From positions 3,869 to 67,868 of the IMG/VR virus record IMGVR_UViG_3300034061_005995: a stretch of 64,000 nt of DNA; one strand, given 5' to 3'. Positions 59,496 to 64,000 of this stretch are shown piece by piece (position 1 is the stretch's first letter; each line of letters opens with the position of its first letter). Position numbers and translations under genes: made by a program. A model generated the notes under the pieces. The model saw only the letters and a program-made list of their open reading frames with translations. It was not told the DNA's origin and made no database searches. This DNA comes from a virus (taxonomy: Duplodnaviria; Caudoviricetes).

Positions 59496-59720
59496 ATGGA
59501 TATTCAAAATAAATTGGACAGTTACTTAAATAAAACAGGTAGATATACTGAAAAAACTACAGAAAATGGATTTAAAGAGGTTTGTGATTTAGACTCTGGG
59601 AATTGTTATACTATTAGAATGAAAGACGGATTAATTGAAAGAGTTGATAATACAATTAATCAAAATAAAAAAATTCAAGTAGAAACATCAACAGGTATGA
59701 AACAACTATTAATTGGATAA
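59496..59720 (+). CDS. Hypothetical protein
   Basis: 74 aa, preceded by TATTTATA (59477-59484). Confidence 0.6.
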   Translation: MDIQNKLDSYLNKTGRYTEKTTENGFKEVCDLDSGNCYTIRMKDGLIERVDNTINQNKKIQVETSTGMKQLLIG

Positions 59721-60411
59721 TGCTATGTTAAAAATTGATGAAAGAATTTTAGAAGAATTAAAGAGATATAATCAAATTAACAATTATATTTTTGAACAAG
59801 ACACTGCAGCATTACCAGATGCTGAAGTTGATGCACCCTTAGATATTGCCGCACCAACTGATGCTACACAATCAGCACCAATTGATACAACTCAACCAAC
59901 ACCACCTGCAGATGTTGTACAACCAACACCAATTGATGTTGAATCAGACCCTGAAGTTGAAAAAGTTGATAATCAAGGAAATCCAGAAGGTTCTGAGGCG
60001 ACAAGTGAAGATGGTACTGAAGAATTAGAAATTACAGATTTAGTAAATTCTCAAAATTCAATAATTGAAAAACAAGATAATTATTTTAATCAATTGTTTA
60101 ATCAATTATCAAATTTAGAAACTAAATTAGGTGAAATGGATAATTTAATTGATAAAATCAATTCTTTAGAAACTAAACTTGAAAAATATCGTCCAAAAAC
60201 TCCACAGGAAAAACTTGAATTACGTAGTTTAGATTCAGGACCATTTAATCAGAAATTGACAGATTTTTTTAATGATAAAGAGGTTGATATGGAAAAATCT
60301 GGTAAAAATGAATATGTTTTAACTGTAGATGATGTTAAAGACTTTTCAGAATCCGAAATTCAAGATACATTTGATGTAGATGATGAGGATGAGAATTTTG
60401 AGAAATTTTAA
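59713..60411 (+). CDS. Acidic coiled-coil hypothetical protein (possibly prohead/core-associated)
   Basis: 232 aa; acidic Pro-rich linker then coiled coil. Start may be ATG 59725. Confidence 0.6.
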   Translation: MDNAMLKIDERILEELKRYNQINNYIFEQDTAALPDAEVDAPLDIAAPTDATQSAPIDTTQPTPPADVVQPTPIDVESDPEVEKVDNQGNPEGSEATSEDGTEELEITDLVNSQNSIIEKQDNYFNQLFNQLSNLETKLGEMDNLIDKINSLETKLEKYRPKTPQEKLELRSLDSGPFNQKLTDFFNDKEVDMEKSGKNEYVLTVDDVKDFSESEIQDTFDVDDEDENFEKF

Positions 60412-60420
60412 GCTACTTAT

Positions 60421-60449
60421 TTGACATTTTATAATTCTATAACTATACT
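60421..60449 (+). promoter_or_regulatory. Sigma70-type promoter for the replication/recombination operon
   Basis: TTGACA (60421-60426), N17, TATACT (60444-60449). Confidence 0.75.
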
Positions 60450-60474
60450 TGTTTAGTAACAAAATTATAAATAT

Positions 60475-61335
60475 ATGATGTCAACATTAGATTCAGTATT
60501 AGCACAGTATGATAAGGCTAATCAAAGTAGCTCTTCAGGACCTAAAATGTCTCAAGAGGAACGGTTAAAAAAGTATTTTGCAGCAATTCTACCTAAAAAT
60601 CAATCTTCAGGTCAATTGAGGATTAGGATTCTTCCAACTAAAGATGGTTCTTCACCATTCGTTGAAGCGTATTTTCACGAAATTTATGTTAATGGTGAAT
60701 TAACAAAATTGTATGACCCTTCAGGAAATGATAATGAAAGGTCACCATTAAATGAAGTATATGAAGAACTTATTTCAACTGGTAAAGAAAGTGATAAAAG
60801 TCTTGCTAACCAATATAAAGCTCGTAAGTTTTATGTTGTAAAAGTAATTGACCGTGATAACCCACAAGATGGTCCTAAGTTTTGGAGATTTAAGCACAAT
60901 TATAAAAAAGAAGGTGTTTTTGATAAAATCATTCCAATTTATAAGGCAAAAGGTGATATTACAGATGCTGATAAAGGCCGAGATTTGATTTTACAACTCG
61001 TTAAACAAAAAAATCCGAAAGGGGGTGAGTATGTGGCAATTCAGACAATTATGTATGATGACCCAGCACCACTTAGTGAAGATAAAGACCAAATGAAATC
61101 TTGGTTAGATGATGAATTAACTTGGAGAGATGTTTATTCTAAAAAACCTTTGGAATATCTCGAAGCAGTTTCTCTTGGTAAAGTTCCTAAATGGGATTCA
61201 GCTCTTGGTAAATATGTATATGGTGATTCAACAACATCAAATTCTACTTTTGGGGGTAAACAAATTAATAATGTATCTACACCAGTAGTTGACCCTCAAG
61301 AGCAGGAGGAATCTGATGATGATTTACCGTTCTAA
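60475..61335 (+). CDS. Single-stranded DNA-binding protein (T4 gp32-like)
   Basis: 'IRILP...SPFVEAYFH', 'KVIDRD...GPKFW', 'DITD...GRD', and acidic tail 'EESDDDLPF'. Confidence 0.85.
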   Translation: MMSTLDSVLAQYDKANQSSSSGPKMSQEERLKKYFAAILPKNQSSGQLRIRILPTKDGSSPFVEAYFHEIYVNGELTKLYDPSGNDNERSPLNEVYEELISTGKESDKSLANQYKARKFYVVKVIDRDNPQDGPKFWRFKHNYKKEGVFDKIIPIYKAKGDITDADKGRDLILQLVKQKNPKGGEYVAIQTIMYDDPAPLSEDKDQMKSWLDDELTWRDVYSKKPLEYLEAVSLGKVPKWDSALGKYVYGDSTTSNSTFGGKQINNVSTPVVDPQEQEESDDDLPF

Positions 61336-61355
61336 TAAATATAAATAAAATGATT

Positions 61356-61391
61356 AATAGACATGGGTTAATTCTCATGTCTATTTTTTTT
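61356..61391 (+). terminator. Intrinsic terminator/attenuator between SSB and RecA
   Basis: AATAGACATG...CATGTCTATT stem followed by a T-run. Confidence 0.7.
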
Positions 61392-61405
61392 AAAAATAAA
61401 AATAT

Positions 61406-62410
61406 ATGGCAATTAAAAAAAATGATTTCGGTTCGATAAAAAAGAAGTTTTCAACTTCTGCTAAATATAAACCACAAAGATACTTTGATTTGGGTTCAGA
61501 GTTCTTGGATGCGGTTGGTATTCCTGGTCCAGCAATTGGACATTTAAATATGTTTCTCGGTCATTCAGATACGGGAAAGACAACTGCAGCAATTAAAACC
61601 GCTGTTGCTTCACAAAAAATTGGTATTTTGCCTGTTTTTATTATTACAGAGCAAAAATGGAGTTTCGACCACGCTAAACTTATGGGTTTAGAATGTAAAG
61701 AGATTATTGACGAGGAAACAGGTGAACTTGATTGGGATGGTTTTTTTTTATTTAATAATAACTTCCAATATATCGAACAAATAACAGATTTTATTAATGA
61801 TTTATTGGATGCGCAAGAAAAAGGTGATTTAGATTATAGCTTGTGTTTTATTTGGGATTCTGTTGGTTCGGTTCCTTGTCAAATGACATATGAAGGTAAA
61901 GGTGGTAAAATGCATAATGCAGCAACATTATCTGATAAAATAGGTATGGGTATTAACCAAAGGATTTCAGGTTCAAGAAAGGCAGATTCTAAATATGAAA
62001 ATACACTAATTATTTTGAATCAGCCCTGGGTCGAGCCAGCTGATAATCCATATGGACAACCTAAAATTAAAGCCAAAGGTGGTGAAGCAATTTGGCTAAA
62101 TTCATCTTTGGTATTCTTATTTGGTAACCAAAAAAATGCAGGAACAACTAAAATTACAGCAACAAAAGATAAAAGAACAGTTAAGTTTGCAAGTAGAACA
62201 AAAATTTCTGTATTAAAAAATCATATTTCAGGATTGGGTTATGAGGATGGTAAAATTATTGTAACACCACACGGATTTTTAGCAGGTAAAGAAGCATCTG
62301 AAGAAAAGGCATCAATTGAAAAATACAAAAAAGAATATGCTGAGTATTGGAAAACAATATTAGGAGTTGATGGGGATTTTGATTTGAAAGAAGAAAAAGT
62401 ATTAGATTGA
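61406..62410 (+). CDS. recA: RecA/UvsX-like recombinase
   Basis: Walker A 'GHSDTGKT', Walker B 'FIWDSVG', 'ILNQ', 'KGGEA', 'VLKNH'. Confidence 0.85.
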   Translation: MAIKKNDFGSIKKKFSTSAKYKPQRYFDLGSEFLDAVGIPGPAIGHLNMFLGHSDTGKTTAAIKTAVASQKIGILPVFIITEQKWSFDHAKLMGLECKEIIDEETGELDWDGFFLFNNNFQYIEQITDFINDLLDAQEKGDLDYSLCFIWDSVGSVPCQMTYEGKGGKMHNAATLSDKIGMGINQRISGSRKADSKYENTLIILNQPWVEPADNPYGQPKIKAKGGEAIWLNSSLVFLFGNQKNAGTTKITATKDKRTVKFASRTKISVLKNHISGLGYEDGKIIVTPHGFLAGKEASEEKASIEKYKKEYAEYWKTILGVDGDFDLKEEKVLD

Positions 62411-63432
62411 AAAAAACATTAATAATTGACGGATATAACATCTTAAAAATTGGCGTTAATGGTGTTAAAAATTATTATCATAATAATAAGCATATTGGTG
62501 GCATCTGGTATTTCATAACAACACTTAAAAACTTTATCGAAACCTATGATTTCGATAAAGTTGTTGTTATGTGGGATGGTGAAGATAATCGAATAGCAAG
62601 GAAATTAATATATCCCAAATATAAAGAAAAAAGACCTGAAGTTATTGAGGATGATGTGTATGAAGAATCTTTTAGATATCAGAAACATAGAGTTCAATTA
62701 TATCTTGAGGATATGTTTGTCAGGCAAATTGATATTAAAGGGGTTGAAGCTGATGATTTAATAGCTTATTATTGTAGTATTGCTAAAGATGAAAAAATAA
62801 CAATATTATCATCAGATACTGATTTATTACAATTAGTTTCTGAAAATGTTTCACAATATTCATTATCAGTAAAAAGATTATTTAAAAAAGGTGATAAAAT
62901 AAAGTTAAAATATTATGAATTACCTATTGAAAATGTTAAAACTTATAAAATATTGTCTGGTGACAAATCTGACAATATTGATGGAATTTATTATTTAGGT
63001 GAAAAAACTTTTGTAAAATTATTTCCTGAAGTACTTGAAAGAGTGGTAACAATTTCCGATATTTTATCAAAAGCAGAACAATTATTTAATGAGGATAAAA
63101 ACAACTCAGCTATAAATAATCTTTTAACTGGTAAAACAAAAAATGGTGTTTATGGTGATGAGTTTTTTATAATTAATGAACAGTTAATTGATTTATCAAA
63201 ACCTTTAATTAATGACGATGGAAAAAATATTGTAGAGATGTATTATCGTGAATCATTAGACCCAAATGGTAGAGGGTACAAAAACTTAATGAGATATATG
63301 ATGGAAGATGGATTTTTTAAATTTCTACCAAAAACTGATGATGTATGGATTAAATTAATAACACCATTTTTAAAACTAACAAGAAAAGAAAAAAGAATAT
63401 ATGACAAACACGAAAGAACAAGAATTGGTTAA
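62407..63432 (+). CDS. 5'-3' exonuclease / T4 RNase H-like flap endonuclease
   Basis: 'LIIDG', 'WDG', 'YK..R', 'EADDLIA', 'SSDTDLLQL', 'GDKSDNIDGI...GEKT'. Confidence 0.9.
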   Translation: MKKTLIIDGYNILKIGVNGVKNYYHNNKHIGGIWYFITTLKNFIETYDFDKVVVMWDGEDNRIARKLIYPKYKEKRPEVIEDDVYEESFRYQKHRVQLYLEDMFVRQIDIKGVEADDLIAYYCSIAKDEKITILSSDTDLLQLVSENVSQYSLSVKRLFKKGDKIKLKYYELPIENVKTYKILSGDKSDNIDGIYYLGEKTFVKLFPEVLERVVTISDILSKAEQLFNEDKNNSAINNLLTGKTKNGVYGDEFFIINEQLIDLSKPLINDDGKNIVEMYYRESLDPNGRGYKNLMRYMMEDGFFKFLPKTDDVWIKLITPFLKLTRKEKRIYDKHERTRIG

Positions 63433-63862
63433 GCTTGAATTTTTAATGAAATTGAACGATAAGATTATTGTTCAAAGGTACTTCAATGTGAGAGAGTATA
63501 ATCATGATGCAAAAAGCTCATATGAGTTATATGAATACATTAAATACCTGAAAGATGATATGGAAAAAGAATTGATTGACAGAACTGCATTATATATGCT
63601 TGAAAATATTGATGACATTATGGCTAATGAAACTATTTTAAATACTTCAATGACTGATGGGGTTGAGAATTTTAATATTTTTATTAAACATGGTGATAAT
63701 ATTATTATGCATAGAGAATTTAATGCTAAAATATATCCACCTAAAGTTAGGTACACTGTTGATTTGAGACCTAAAGTTAAGGAAATTATGAAAAATCTTG
63801 TTGAAATTTTTTCATCAAAAAACTTGACTTACACATATCTTAATTACAATTTAGCTGGTTAA
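63401..63862 (+). CDS. Hypothetical protein
   Basis: 153 aa ORF in the replication operon. Confidence 0.65.
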   Translation: MTNTKEQELVKLEFLMKLNDKIIVQRYFNVREYNHDAKSSYELYEYIKYLKDDMEKELIDRTALYMLENIDDIMANETILNTSMTDGVENFNIFIKHGDNIIMHREFNAKIYPPKVRYTVDLRPKVKEIMKNLVEIFSSKNLTYTYLNYNLAG

Positions 63863-63886
63863 TTCAACCAATAAAAAAAAATATAA

Positions 63887-64000
63887 ATGAATTCTGATAA
63901 AAATTTTAATTATTTAGGTGAGAATTTTCAATTACAGCTAATCAATCAAATAATTCTTGATAAAGAATTTGCAAGAGCAATACTTGAAGTATTAAAAGTT
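63887..64000 (+). CDS. Partial (5' end) probable DnaB-like replicative helicase
   Basis: MNSDKNFNYLGENFQLQLINQIILDKEFARAILEVLKV...; called from context and an N-terminal resemblance only. Confidence 0.4.
   Translation, partial: MNSDKNFNYLGENFQLQLINQIILDKEFARAILEVLKV

Noticed and set aside
47135-63756. Short antisense or nested ORFs inside the large tail and replication genes
   Set aside because: They are fully nested in well-supported genes and have no motifs or expression signals.
1-64000. Stop-codon reassignment, as seen in some jumbo phages
   Set aside because: Conserved genes are full length in the standard code, coding density is high, and genes end at TAA, TAG or TGA.
1-64000. tRNA, rRNA or other structured ncRNA genes
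   Set aside because: Intergenic gaps are short and A/T-rich, and no cloverleaf or GC-rich structured region was recognised by eye.

Overview
A gene-dense, very AT-rich segment of a large (probably jumbo) tailed dsDNA phage with a contractile tail. It is distantly T4-like in gene content and appears to use the standard code. Left to right: a minus-strand block (partial DEDD-type exonuclease, GT-B glycosyltransferase, WYL-like protein, hypotheticals); then a ~22 kb virion-surface and glycosylation island (Cys-rich and Pro/Thr-rich structural proteins, a Gly-Ser collagen-like fibre, three paralogous fibre-associated genes and about seven glycosyltransferase-like genes, three of which resemble protein O-glycosyltransferases of the Aah/TibC, HPAT/SERGT1 and Skp1-GlcNAcT types). 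Next come a family B DNA polymerase, neck proteins, Mn/Fe-SOD, an SNF2 helicase and the tail sheath. A tandem array of six mosaic LRR-like genes lies between sheath and tube, followed by a putative homing endonuclease, a tail chaperone with a probable +1/-2 programmed frameshift, tape-measure-like and baseplate genes, and finally SSB, RecA/UvsX, a 5'-3' exonuclease and the start of a probable helicase. Two promoter classes are visible: TTGACA-N17-TAnnnT before replication and some modification genes, and TATTTAT(A) just upstream of structural genes. All product calls come from recognising motifs by eye; no database searches were run.
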